A DNA stretch of 64,000 nucleotides from assembly GCA_043810925.1 (NCBI GenBank), contig JBDRNT010000036.1, forward strand, positions 22,002 to 86,001, given 5' to 3'. Made by a program: the position numbers and the translations under genes. Under the pieces are notes generated by a model. That model saw only the letters and a list, made by a program, of their open reading frames with translations. It searched no databases and was not told where the DNA came from. Numbering within the stretch: the stretch's first letter is position 1; each line of letters begins with the position of its first letter. This DNA is from Candidatus Eiseniibacteriota bacterium. Its GTDB lineage: Bacteria > Arandabacterota > Arandabacteria > Arandabacterales > Arandabacteraceae. This document shows, in pieces, positions 1 to 9,463 of the stretch.

Positions 1-1441
1 TCACCTGAACATTTCCAGCGGTGAGATCACGATGGTCGCCAAGAACCCCGGGAACGTGGTCGGCTGGCTCGCGGACCGAAACATGAAGATCCGCGGATCG
101 GTTACTCCCACGGCCGAGGGGGGCTTCGATCTCCTGGTCCGGGAGAGCGAGGATTCGGAATGGGTGAAAATCTTAACGTGGGATTCAGACAATAGCCTGA
201 CAAGCGACCTGATAGGCTTCACCAAGGACGGGAAATACATTTACTGCCAGGATTCAAGGGAAGTAAACGCCAGCCGGCTTGTCAAAATCGACGCCGCGAC
301 GGGGGAGACGGTCGAGGTACTCGCCGAGGATCCCGTGTACGACGTCGGTGGTGTGATGATCAACCAGGACACCTACGAGCCTCAGGCCGTGGGCTTCGCC
401 AAGGCAAGGATGGAGTGGGTCATACTTGATGAGTCCATTCGTGAGAATATCGGTGCCATAACCCGGCTGGACCCCGGAGACTTCTTCATAAGAAGCAGAG
501 ATGACGCTGACAGGACGTGGATTGTCGGCTTCACAAGGGATGACGGCCCCATACCGTATTACACCTTTGACCGTGAGACCAATGAGGCCACATTCCTGTT
601 CTACCACAGGCCCCATCTGACCGACTACACGCTGGCATCAATGGAGCCCATATCCTACAACTCGCGTGACGGCCGCACAATACACGGCTATATCACCTAC
701 CCGCCGGCCATGGGGAGGAGTAACCTTCCGGTGGTACTCAATGTGCACGGAGGTCCCTGGGCGCGTGACATGTGGGGTTACAATCCCGAGGCGCAGTGGC
801 TTGCTAACCGGGGTTACGTGTGTCTTCAGGTCAATTTCAGAGGCTCATCGGGTTACGGCAAAGTGCATCTCAACGCGGGGGACAAGGAGTGGGGTGGAAA
901 GATGCACGATGACCTGATCGACGGAGTCAACTGGGCGATAGACGAGGGCATAGCGGATCCCGAGAGAATCGCGATTTATGGAGGGTCCTACGGTGGCTAC
1001 GCGGCGCTCGTGGGGGCTACCTTCACCCCGGATGTCTTCTGCTGTGCAGTTGACCTGGTGGGCCCGAGCAACCTCATCACATTCATACAGACCCTACCGG
1101 CGTACTGGCAGCCGACGCTCGATATGTGGTATGACAGGGTCGGCAATCCGGAGACCGAGGCCGACTTCCTTAGATCCCGCTCGCCTCTTTTCAAGGCGGA
1201 CCAGATCAAGATCCCGATGCTGATCGCCCAGGGAGCGAACGATCCCCGGGTCAAGCAGAGCGAGAGTGAACAGATTGTCGCGGCGATGGAGGCAAACGGG
1301 ATCGAATACGAATACATGCTCTTTGAAGATGAAGGCCACGGCTTCGCCAAGCCTGAGAACCGGCTTGAGTTCTATGCAGCTACCGAGGCGTTCCTGGCCA
1401 AGTATCTCGGAGGCCGTTCCGAGGACCAGCCGACCGAATAA
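1..1441 (+). CDS. S9 family (prolyl oligopeptidase-type) peptidase, 5' end probably outside the window
   Basis: HGGPW, nucleophile GGSYGG, ANDPRV Asp and DEGHG His motifs; frame is open to the window edge. Confidence 0.92.
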   Translation, partial: HLNISSGEITMVAKNPGNVVGWLADRNMKIRGSVTPTAEGGFDLLVRESEDSEWVKILTWDSDNSLTSDLIGFTKDGKYIYCQDSREVNASRLVKIDAATGETVEVLAEDPVYDVGGVMINQDTYEPQAVGFAKARMEWVILDESIRENIGAITRLDPGDFFIRSRDDADRTWIVGFTRDDGPIPYYTFDRETNEATFLFYHRPHLTDYTLASMEPISYNSRDGRTIHGYITYPPAMGRSNLPVVLNVHGGPWARDMWGYNPEAQWLANRGYVCLQVNFRGSSGYGKVHLNAGDKEWGGKMHDDLIDGVNWAIDEGIADPERIAIYGGSYGGYAALVGATFTPDVFCCAVDLVGPSNLITFIQTLPAYWQPTLDMWYDRVGNPETEADFLRSRSPLFKADQIKIPMLIAQGANDPRVKQSESEQIVAAMEANGIEYEYMLFEDEGHGFAKPENRLEFYAATEAFLAKYLGGRSEDQPTE

Positions 1442-1450
1442 GTCACTGAT

Positions 1451-1484
1451 GGGGTCGGGCAGCGCTCACTGCGTGCCTGACCCC
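1451..1484. repeat. GGGGTC...GACCCC palindrome (REP-like or terminator)
   Basis: GGGGTCGGGC-N14-GCCTGACCCC directly after the peptidase stop. Confidence 0.5.
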
Positions 1485-1648
1485 GGTTCTTCCATCCGCA
1501 GCGTCGGGGTCTTGTCCCCGACGTTCTTCTATCCGTCGGGCGCAGAGATGCGACGCCACAACATCCTTGGTTAGACCCTACATTGTTCTTGGCGTGATCC
1601 TTACGATGGTGTAGACTCGCATCAATCCGAGTAGGAGGGAGGTGCCAC

Positions 1649-2575
1649 ATGCTGACTGCGGAGCGTTACCGCGGGGCAATGCTCGGGCTCGCCACCGGTG
1701 ATGCCCTCGGCATGCCCATCGAGGGTTATCCGCCAGGCAGGTTTGAGCCTCTCACCGAGATGATAGGTGACCTGCCGCCGGGCCTCAGTGTCGGCCACTG
1801 GACAGATGACACATCGATGGCGCTCTGTCTGGCCGAGAGTCTCATTGAGAAGGGATGTTTCGATCCGGTCGATCAGCTCGAGCGCTACAAGAGGTGGATT
1901 GAAACAGGCTACATGAGTAGCACCGGTGAGGCCTTCGGTATGGGTATCACCGTCATGGCGGCCCTGGGCCGCTTCAGAGAGACCCATGAGCCCTTTCCCG
2001 GTCCGACCGAACCGGATACGGCCGGGAACGGCTCAATCATGAGACTCGCACCCGTACCGCTGTTTTTCTCCGCCAACCCCCTTGAAGCGATCGAGATGGC
2101 AGGGGAGAGCTCCCGGACAACCAACGGGGCGACGACCGCCGTTGACGCCTGCAGATACATGGCCGCCATCATGATCGGAGCCTTGCAGGGAAAGGCCAAA
2201 GATGAGATCCTCGGGGCCGGTTTCACGCCGGAGCCCGGTTACTGGGACAGAGAACCCCTTGTGGCCGAGATCAGTGAGATTGCGGAGGGCTCCTTTAAGG
2301 AAAAGCAGCCACCCGAGATAGTTGGGACCGGTTACGTCGTAAAGTCCCTTGAGGCGGCTCTCTGGGCCTTCTATACCACAAATTCGTTCAAGGACGGCTG
2401 CCTGGCGGCCGTCAATCTCGGAGACGACGCCGACACGACAGGCGCCGTGTACGGCCAGATCGCCGGCGCCTTCTATGGGGTTCAGGCCATCCCCGAGAAC
2501 TGGCTTGACCAGCTCGTCCAGCGCGAACTCATCCAATCCATGGCCGACAGCCTGCTCATAGCCTCAGATTTGTGA
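1649..2575 (+). CDS. ADP-ribosylglycohydrolase (DraG/ARH family)
   Basis: GDALG, WTDDT, AGNGSIMR and GDDADTT motifs; RBS GGAGG. Confidence 0.93.
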   Translation: MLTAERYRGAMLGLATGDALGMPIEGYPPGRFEPLTEMIGDLPPGLSVGHWTDDTSMALCLAESLIEKGCFDPVDQLERYKRWIETGYMSSTGEAFGMGITVMAALGRFRETHEPFPGPTEPDTAGNGSIMRLAPVPLFFSANPLEAIEMAGESSRTTNGATTAVDACRYMAAIMIGALQGKAKDEILGAGFTPEPGYWDREPLVAEISEIAEGSFKEKQPPEIVGTGYVVKSLEAALWAFYTTNSFKDGCLAAVNLGDDADTTGAVYGQIAGAFYGVQAIPENWLDQLVQRELIQSMADSLLIASDL

Positions 2576-2644
2576 CACTCCAGGCCGGAGTGTGGTGATT
2601 TACCCCTGAAGGTTGAGTCCAGTTTTGGGCCATTTATGATGGCA

Positions 2645-2672
2645 AGTTTACATAATGTGGATTATGCGTACA
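2645..2672 (-). other. dif: dif-type XerC/XerD recombination site
   Basis: Minus strand TGTACGCATAA-TCCACA-TTATGTAAACT has the 11-6-11 layout with XerC-like and XerD-like arms; intergenic between convergent genes. Confidence 0.75.
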
Positions 2673-2748
2673 TGGTATTATCAAACATCCGCCACGACTG
2701 AGGTCAATAGCAGAACGCCTTCATTTCATGTGGGTTAGAGTGTAGAGC

Positions 2749-4944
2749 CTACAGCGTACTCCAGTTTTCAGCCTCGAAATCCGGCCTCGGGACCTTGATA
2801 GTGAGCAATGTGTGGATCGGCCGCCGCTCGACAGGCTTACCTTCCTTTAAGACAGCGACGCGCAGCGTGACAGTATCACCGGGTGATGCCTCTATGAGGT
2901 CAAACGGGACTGCGACCTCGACAATCTCGAGCGCCACGGCGGTCACGGCCTGCTGGGCATCGGCCGGCTCGATGATGAGTCCCGTGGCTGCCGGTGAACG
3001 GGCCTCCGGCGCCCTTAACGTAATAAGCCTGTGTGCGGGGTCCTCGAATTCGAGACGAAGGCTCAGTTCGGCAAACTGGATCGCCTGGGGTGAGATCTTG
3101 GTGTCGATACGGAGGAAAAGATGCTTGTGATCGAATCCGAAGTACACGGCATCAACTATGCTGCTTCCGAAAATCACGGGCTCGCTGTCGCGGTAGCTCT
3201 CGTAGAGGCCCGCGAGCTTCCACTCGTAGAAAGTCGTGACCTTGCCATCGAGGACGGGCCTTATCACTGCGGCGGGTTGAAGCCTGATCGCCATACCGGT
3301 CGAGGGTGCCATTATGGGTTCGAGCACTTTGTGAGGTACATGCGCACCGGCGGATTCGTATATGTGCCTGAGGTGCGCTCTAAAGAGCGTGTCGAATTCC
3401 CTGTCCTCCAGCAGGGTGCGCTTCTCGCCGTACCACCAGAACCAGTCGCTTCCCTCAGCCGCGTGAACGCTTCTCCAGGCCGTGGCGCACTTCTCCTCGC
3501 TCAGGTCTTCGTCCCTGGTCTTAAGTTCGGTCCTTGCGGCCTGCAACAGGTCCCAGGCATCATTATCCTCCGGGTGACCTATCCAGGTAGTGAGATTACA
3601 GTTTATCCACGAACCCGGATAAACGGACTCAAGCGGCGGAGCCTCGGAGTGCATATCAAGTAAGTCCGAAAGCAAGACTGTTTCGATGTCTTCACGCTCG
3701 GAAAGCGCCCCGTAAAGCAGATTGAGAAATGTGTCTCCACCTCGGTCGTAGAACTCCCAGCAATTCTCGCCGTCAAGAGCCACGAGCACAACACTCTCAC
3801 CTGTCTTCTTACCAAGACCCTTCCGTATGCCTTCCAGTCTGCCCACGAAATCCGTCACCGCCTCCCGCGCCGACCAGTCGGCGTACTCGAAACCTATGAG
3901 ATCGGATAGAACCCGGTCCCTGAAGAAAATGAGAGCCTCCCCCCCACCACGCTTGAATCTGTGAGGTCTGTAGAGGATATCGCCTCGCTTGATCTCGCCC
4001 GTTTTCGCATCTCGAAGCGTAGCACCGCTGGATGCTTCCAGAATTCCCTCATCGACCGCGACCCACTTGATCCCGCACTCGCATGCGAGCTCCAGGGCCT
4101 CCTCGCTTACGGCACTCTCCGGCGGCCACATGCCGACCGGGGTCTTTCCGAAGATCTCTTCGTGAAGCCTGAGACCCGACTCAATCTGCGCCCGGGCGTC
4201 CTCAGGAAATCTGAATCTGCTTACCGGGAGTCCCGTCCCCGGCTTGGAGACGCTCGCGCTATCAGAATCGCAAAGAAGCGGGAGAATCGGATGGAAGTAT
4301 GGTGACATAGATATTTCTATTCTCCCCTCCTCTTGAAGTTGTCTGTACTTGCCGAGGACGCTCTCCATAATCTCCATGTGCTTGCGGAGCAGGTCCGTCT
4401 TCATGGTCTCGGTGAACCCGCGTTCCCTGGAGCGGAGACTCTCTACAAACGGATCGGTGCTCGCGACCGGACCGATCCATGCGAGATTGCACCAGACCTG
4501 GAGGTCAAGAAAATCCTGGGCGCTCAGCTTCTTCACGGCGGTCTGCACCTTGAACTCCGAATCAAGCGCAATACATTTCTCGAGAAGCGACCTGTAGCGG
4601 GGATAGGGCTCGATCATCGTCTTTCTGTTGCCAAGAAAGAAGTGGCGAATGAGTGAGACCTTCTCCTCGTCGCTGAGCTCGTCCACCCGCTTCATCGAGA
4701 GGTTGAGGTGGATCTCCTGTACGCCGCCTGCCGCGTAATCCCTGATCTGATCCATAAGACAGGGCACCAGATTGAAGTTGCTCTTTATCCCCGGAAAGGC
4801 GTCGAGCCTCACCACCATGTCGTTATAGTCTTTTACGGTATGGAGCCTGACCCAGGGAAGCCTGTACACACCTGTCCGCGGGTTACGGTAGTAGGGCTGG
4901 TGCATGTGCCAGAGAAAAGCAACCTTAAGCGGCAGGGCATCCAT
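2749..4944 (-). CDS. Glycoside hydrolase family 57 (amylopullulanase-like)
   Basis: WHMHQP, GMWPPE, ALDGENCWE and AEGSDWFWW motifs. Confidence 0.93.
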   Translation of the reverse strand: MDALPLKVAFLWHMHQPYYRNPRTGVYRLPWVRLHTVKDYNDMVVRLDAFPGIKSNFNLVPCLMDQIRDYAAGGVQEIHLNLSMKRVDELSDEEKVSLIRHFFLGNRKTMIEPYPRYRSLLEKCIALDSEFKVQTAVKKLSAQDFLDLQVWCNLAWIGPVASTDPFVESLRSRERGFTETMKTDLLRKHMEIMESVLGKYRQLQEEGRIEISMSPYFHPILPLLCDSDSASVSKPGTGLPVSRFRFPEDARAQIESGLRLHEEIFGKTPVGMWPPESAVSEEALELACECGIKWVAVDEGILEASSGATLRDAKTGEIKRGDILYRPHRFKRGGGEALIFFRDRVLSDLIGFEYADWSAREAVTDFVGRLEGIRKGLGKKTGESVVLVALDGENCWEFYDRGGDTFLNLLYGALSEREDIETVLLSDLLDMHSEAPPLESVYPGSWINCNLTTWIGHPEDNDAWDLLQAARTELKTRDEDLSEEKCATAWRSVHAAEGSDWFWWYGEKRTLLEDREFDTLFRAHLRHIYESAGAHVPHKVLEPIMAPSTGMAIRLQPAAVIRPVLDGKVTTFYEWKLAGLYESYRDSEPVIFGSSIVDAVYFGFDHKHLFLRIDTKISPQAIQFAELSLRLEFEDPAHRLITLRAPEARSPAATGLIIEPADAQQAVTAVALEIVEVAVPFDLIEASPGDTVTLRVAVLKEGKPVERRPIHTLLTIKVPRPDFEAENWSTL

Positions 4945-5633
4945 CAGGAATTCTCAAGCTGCGCCTGTATCTCCAGAAGTGGCATTTTCACCAGGCTCGC
5001 CTGGTTGGAATCCGGATAGAGTTCGATGATTTCGCTGTACGTACTCTCAGCAAGCCGGAGGTCGCCGGCCAGTTCGTAACAGCGTCCCGCCCCCAACAGG
5101 GCATCGGGCGCCAGCGGACTCCCCGGGTGCTCGCGTTGGACCTTAAGATAGTTTTCGGCGGCGTCGCGGAACCGTCCGGTCTGTTCCAGACACTGGGCGA
5201 TCCCCTGCTTGGCCGAAACTGTGAATTCTTCCCTGCGTTTCTTAAGACCCAGGTACTTCTCAAAGAGAACAAGTGCACTGTCAGGTTCGCCTGTCGCGAA
5301 CTTGGCGTTGGCCATGAAGAAGTCAGCATCCGAGTGGCTCCAGGTGCCCCTGAACCGGTCCATGATGCCTGTATAGGCCTGAAGGGCGCTCGACACGTTT
5401 CCCTGCTTGAGATCGAGATTCGCCCGTGCCATCCATGACTTGGCCTCGATCTCTGCCGCCCTGCGCTGACGCATTGCAATCGTTACTATCAGTGCAGCTA
5501 TGATGACAAGCACAATAGCGCCCGCTACCCTCTTGGAATTGTCGCGAACGTACTGAACCGTCTCCATGAAGAATTCGGCAACTTGATCTTCTTTTAACTC
5601 TTTTTTTGTGAGTCTCTTGCGGTGCTTTGCCAC
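4944..5633 (-). CDS. Single-TM tetratricopeptide-repeat protein (YfgM-like)
   Basis: Likely GTG start at 5633; KKELKEDQV N-terminus, one TM helix, TPR helices. Confidence 0.75.
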   Translation of the reverse strand: MAKHRKRLTKKELKEDQVAEFFMETVQYVRDNSKRVAGAIVLVIIAALIVTIAMRQRRAAEIEAKSWMARANLDLKQGNVSSALQAYTGIMDRFRGTWSHSDADFFMANAKFATGEPDSALVLFEKYLGLKKRREEFTVSAKQGIAQCLEQTGRFRDAAENYLKVQREHPGSPLAPDALLGAGRCYELAGDLRLAESTYSEIIELYPDSNQASLVKMPLLEIQAQLENS

Positions 5634-5709
5634 TGCTCTCCCCCCGTTTTGAGTAAGGTAGCAGAAGCCAACCTTGAAGGCAAGAGGTTTTTCGACCTCC
5701 CGAAAAAGC

Positions 5710-5737
5710 TTGACAATCGTCCCTCTCCACTTATACT
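5710..5737 (+). promoter_or_regulatory. sigma70-type promoter
   Basis: TTGACA-N16-TATACT upstream of the phosphatase gene. Confidence 0.55.
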
Positions 5738-5800
5738 GCCCGTGGCAAGAAAGCCCTAAAGCCCTGCCCGGCTTTTTCTTGCTTGCCACGGGGGTCGTGT

Positions 5801-8389
5801 ATGCGCAGGCAGGCTGAGCCTCGATCGGACCTTCCCACTCCCCATGAACAGGCCTACATCTTCCACACAAGAATCAGGACTGTCGCAGTAGTCCTCACCA
5901 TCGTTCTAGTCGTGTTTGAGATCTTTCTGGTGAGCAAGATTCCCGGTCAACCTTACAGTGGAATCATCTTGAACAACGTCTCGGTAGCCAGAGTCTCACG
6001 TGGCTCCCCGGCTGCAGTGGCAGGCTTCAGGAAGGGTGACCTCGTCACCGGTTTCGGGGGTGTCCGCTGCGGGAACCTCAAGGACTTCTCCGAATGCCTC
6101 TCACGAGTACTGCCCGGAGAGACGGTCACGTACGAACTCCTGAGGAACGGCAGGGCCATGGCTATTCCTCTGACGTTCGCCCGGCCGCCTCGTTCGGAGA
6201 TAGTAAGAAAAGCATCGCTCGTCACCGTCGGTTTGAGTTTTGTTGCAATCGGGCTGGTGGTGTACTTCAGGCGTGCCGATAAACTGGCTCTCGTCTTCTA
6301 CCTCCTGTGCCTTGCCTTCGGTCTCGTACTCATGAACATCGTCAATTTCGAATTCGGCACTGCCAGGTATGCATCCAGGACCGCATTTAACGATCTCCTC
6401 TTACTCTCACTCCCCGCCCTTTTCCTTCACTTCTTCCTCCTCTTCCCCGAGAAGAGCCGTTTCCTCCCCGGGCGGCCTCGTCTCGAGCAGCTGATGTATC
6501 TCCCGCTGGTCGCTCTCTTTGCGGTGTCTGTCTTCTTCAACATCATGACTTTCCTCTACGGCAGAAGCCCCGGGAGTGCGCTCGCGGCGTTTCAGAGCGT
6601 CACCGCCGTCTACTTCATTGCATTTGTCATACTCGGGCTTGTCGCATTTGTCCGCGCCTACAGGAATTTGAAGACAGCCCGTGTGAAACGGACCATGCGT
6701 CACGTCGTGTGGGGCACACTGGCCGGAACACTCCCTATTGTAGTTGTCCGGGTAATCCTCAGTATCGAGCCCGCGATTGAAGTGCCCGGCGAAAAGGTTG
6801 TCTTCCTCCCGCTGATCCTTGTGCCTCTGGCCTTCGGGCACGCGATCGTCAGGTACGGGCTTCTGGATCTTGAGATAGCCTTCAAGCGAAGCCTGGTCTA
6901 TACGTTCCTGCTCGCCGTCCTGGCATCCGTCTATTTTGCGGTCGTATACGGTATAGGCAGACTCGCGTCGAGGTTCATTGGACGGGCGGATCTTCTCTTT
7001 TCGATCATATCGATATTCGTAATAACACTCCTTATATCACCGCTTCGTCAACGAATAAGCCTGGCTGTCGACAAGGCATTCTTCAGACACGAATACAACT
7101 ACCGGAAGGACCTAAAGCAGATAAGCCGTTCACTGGCCGGCATGATCAACCTCGAAAGCCTGGCAAGTTACCTCTCGCTCAGAGTCGCCGGGGTTCTAAA
7201 TGCAAGCACAACAGTCGTCTTTCTTCTCGATGAGAAGACGGACAATTACACGGCACGCTACGGCACCCGTGTCAACCACGCGATGGTAAGAGGATTCAGC
7301 GCGGACGGGACACTGAGCAAACACCTCCTTGCAACCCGAAACGCGCTGAATGTCGAGAGGACCATTGCATCGCGAAGACCGCTGCCTATCTGTCGGGATG
7401 AGGCCGGCACGCTTCATGATATCCAGGCAGCTCTTGTCGTTCCCTTTGTATTCAGGTCCAGTCTTCTGGGGTTCATGACGATCGGACGCAGGATGTCGGA
7501 GGAGTTCTACTTGTCGACCGATGTTGAGTTACTGGAGACCCTTGGTGACCAGGTCTCACTTGCCGTGGAGAATGCAAGACTCTATCTGGAGATGATCGAA
7601 AAGCAAAAGATGGAGAAGGACCTCGAGCTTGCCCGCGAGATTCAGCACCGTCTTTTACCCAAGACTTTTCCCAAAATACCCGGGCTTAAGACAGAAGCGA
7701 TGAACCTGCCGAGCAAACACGTGGGTGGAGACTACTACGACATCATATCGCTTTGCGAAGATGAGGTCGCGCTCGTGATTGCAGATGTATCGGGCAAGGG
7801 CGTCCCGGCTGCGCTGCTGATGGCGTCACTTCAGTCCTCCCTGAGGGCGGAGGCCGCCGCCGGGCGACCGCCTTCAGAAGTGATATCGGTGCTTAACAAG
7901 GAGATCTTCGAGCACACCGCAGGTGGTACATTCGTCACGATCTTCTATGGCGTCATGAATCTTGAAACCGAAACCTTGACTTACTGTAATGCCGGCCAGA
8001 CTCCACCCGTCATACTGGGCATGGATCTCGAAACGAGGCTCCTGGATACGACACACCTGGTCATAGGCATCGACAACTCAGCTGAATACGCGGACACCTC
8101 GGTCAATCTCACGACCGGGGATTTGATCTTCCTCTATACGGACGGCATAACTGATGAGTTGGATGAACGTGATGAGCCCTACGGTGAAACGAGACTCCTT
8201 GAGAGACTCAAGGAACTGCGCGTATCCGAACTGATCGATATCCTGAACTCCATACACGATGCCGTGGTCGAGTATACGGGAGGAAAGCCGCAGGATGATC
8301 TCACGGCACTGGCACTAAGAATTGAGGCGTTTATCCCCACCTCAGCCCCAGCTGCAGCACGCAATGTGCAAAAGGCAAAAAAGGCATAG
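5801..8389 (+). CDS. Membrane PDZ-GAF-SpoIIE/PP2C Ser phosphatase
   Basis: PDZ (GSPAAVAGFRKGD), multi-TM region, GAF, then VGGDYYD, ADVSGKG, YTDG and QDDLT PP2C motifs. Confidence 0.88.
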   Translation: MRRQAEPRSDLPTPHEQAYIFHTRIRTVAVVLTIVLVVFEIFLVSKIPGQPYSGIILNNVSVARVSRGSPAAVAGFRKGDLVTGFGGVRCGNLKDFSECLSRVLPGETVTYELLRNGRAMAIPLTFARPPRSEIVRKASLVTVGLSFVAIGLVVYFRRADKLALVFYLLCLAFGLVLMNIVNFEFGTARYASRTAFNDLLLLSLPALFLHFFLLFPEKSRFLPGRPRLEQLMYLPLVALFAVSVFFNIMTFLYGRSPGSALAAFQSVTAVYFIAFVILGLVAFVRAYRNLKTARVKRTMRHVVWGTLAGTLPIVVVRVILSIEPAIEVPGEKVVFLPLILVPLAFGHAIVRYGLLDLEIAFKRSLVYTFLLAVLASVYFAVVYGIGRLASRFIGRADLLFSIISIFVITLLISPLRQRISLAVDKAFFRHEYNYRKDLKQISRSLAGMINLESLASYLSLRVAGVLNASTTVVFLLDEKTDNYTARYGTRVNHAMVRGFSADGTLSKHLLATRNALNVERTIASRRPLPICRDEAGTLHDIQAALVVPFVFRSSLLGFMTIGRRMSEEFYLSTDVELLETLGDQVSLAVENARLYLEMIEKQKMEKDLELAREIQHRLLPKTFPKIPGLKTEAMNLPSKHVGGDYYDIISLCEDEVALVIADVSGKGVPAALLMASLQSSLRAEAAAGRPPSEVISVLNKEIFEHTAGGTFVTIFYGVMNLETETLTYCNAGQTPPVILGMDLETRLLDTTHLVIGIDNSAEYADTSVNLTTGDLIFLYTDGITDELDERDEPYGETRLLERLKELRVSELIDILNSIHDAVVEYTGGKPQDDLTALALRIEAFIPTSAPAAARNVQKAKKA

Positions 8390-8401
8390 GCAAGAAAAGG
8401 C

Positions 8402-8428
8402 TAAAGTCCCCCCGCCGACCACCGATTC
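8402..8428 (+). promoter_or_regulatory. sigma28-type promoter
   Basis: TAAA-N15-ACCGATTC versus consensus TAAA-N15/16-GCCGATAA. Confidence 0.5.
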
Positions 8429-8491
8429 CTAGAGAGAAGGGTAGCCCGGCACTACGCCACGCTGGGTAGGCTACGAAAGGGGGCGACACCA

Positions 8492-8566
8492 GTGTTCTTG
8501 GTTGCTCAGTTCCTTTTTGTCGACATCATTTGTGAAGCACTCGATCTCTTCTGGTGGCTCAAGTAA
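8492..8566 (+). CDS. Putative 24-aa hydrophobic small protein MFLVAQFLFVDIICEALDLFWWLK
   Basis: GAAAGGGGG RBS, GTG start, TAA stop, downstream of a sigma28-like promoter; below the ORF-track length cutoff. Confidence 0.45.
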   Translation: MFLVAQFLFVDIICEALDLFWWLK

Positions 8567-8739
8567 TCGGTTCCGTCCAGGCCACCACACGAGTATCGAC
8601 GACACGGTTGTCGCTTCTTAAGCGCCGACCGAGCGGGGAAGCATACGGCCTCTCCACTCCACCCTCACCACTCATACACCCGGGAACAAGTCCAACACAG
8701 GGGTGCCCTGTTGATCAGGTACCCTGTTGGCATGGAAGA

Positions 8740-8760
8740 GGCTCCCGCTAAGCGGGAGCC
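8740..8760. terminator. GC-rich hairpin between convergent units
   Basis: GGCTCCCGC-TAA-GCGGGAGCC. Confidence 0.6.
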
Positions 8761-8786
8761 CCTGATTTATCAGCCTGTCCGACTTG

Positions 8787-9209
8787 TTATTCGTGCACCG
8801 GCTCCTCGGGATCGCTCCGGCCACCGTTGTTCCAGTAGACGCCGATCACCTGGGAGTAAGCACTCTCGTTGCCGCTCTCATCCAACGCCGTCACCCTGTA
8901 ATAGGTGGCGGCCATCGGAAGTACGTTGTCGTAATACCACGGGCACAGAAGCAGCCTCGAGGTCGCCTGGTTAAACGGACCCTCCTCATACGAGGACTTA
9001 TAGAGCCTGTATCCCGCCAGATCGATCTCTGCGTTCTCTGCCCACGTGATTCGCACCTGCGCGTCGGCCTCGTCAAGCTGGAGCGCCACCGGTGGGTTGG
9101 GCGCCACTGTGTCAACCACAGCAACACCACCCCCGCTGTCCGTCCCACAGGCACCAACAACCGTCATGAACGCCGCAAGAGTCAGAAGCAGGTAAATACG
9201 TGTTCTCAT
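8787..9209 (-). CDS. Lipoprotein with a fibronectin type III-like domain
   Basis: Lipobox VGAC; DTVAP, DLAGYRLY and YYRVTALDESGNES FN3 pattern. Confidence 0.75.
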   Translation of the reverse strand: MRTRIYLLLTLAAFMTVVGACGTDSGGGVAVVDTVAPNPPVALQLDEADAQVRITWAENAEIDLAGYRLYKSSYEEGPFNQATSRLLLCPWYYDNVLPMAATYYRVTALDESGNESAYSQVIGVYWNNGGRSDPEEPVHE

Positions 9210-9283
9210 CAGATGAATTCACCTCCCCGAATACCTAAGTGGTTACCTGCCGATTCATACTGCTCGGTCTACTATGTGTTTGA

Positions 9284-9298
9284 GCAAGAAGCATACCA
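9284..9298 (-). promoter_or_regulatory. sigma54 (-24/-12) promoter
   Basis: TGGTAT-GCTTC-TTGC (GG-N10-GC) upstream of the FN3 lipoprotein. Confidence 0.55.
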
Positions 9299-9463
9299 CG
9301 GGGAGACCATCTCAGGCATTGCCAACCCATTGCTCTTACAGGGCTTAGGATTAGGGATCCTGGACACCCCTTTGCCTGTCCGTCCTCATATGCAAAGTGA
9401 GGTGCAAGTTGCAATTATGACGTGCACAGTGCAAGAAGCAGCATCCGGGGTTGAAGGAAAGGT

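Noticed and set aside
1649-2575. ADP-ribosylglycohydrolase as antitoxin or defence gene
   Set aside because: No ADP-ribosyltransferase, toxin or other defence gene neighbours it
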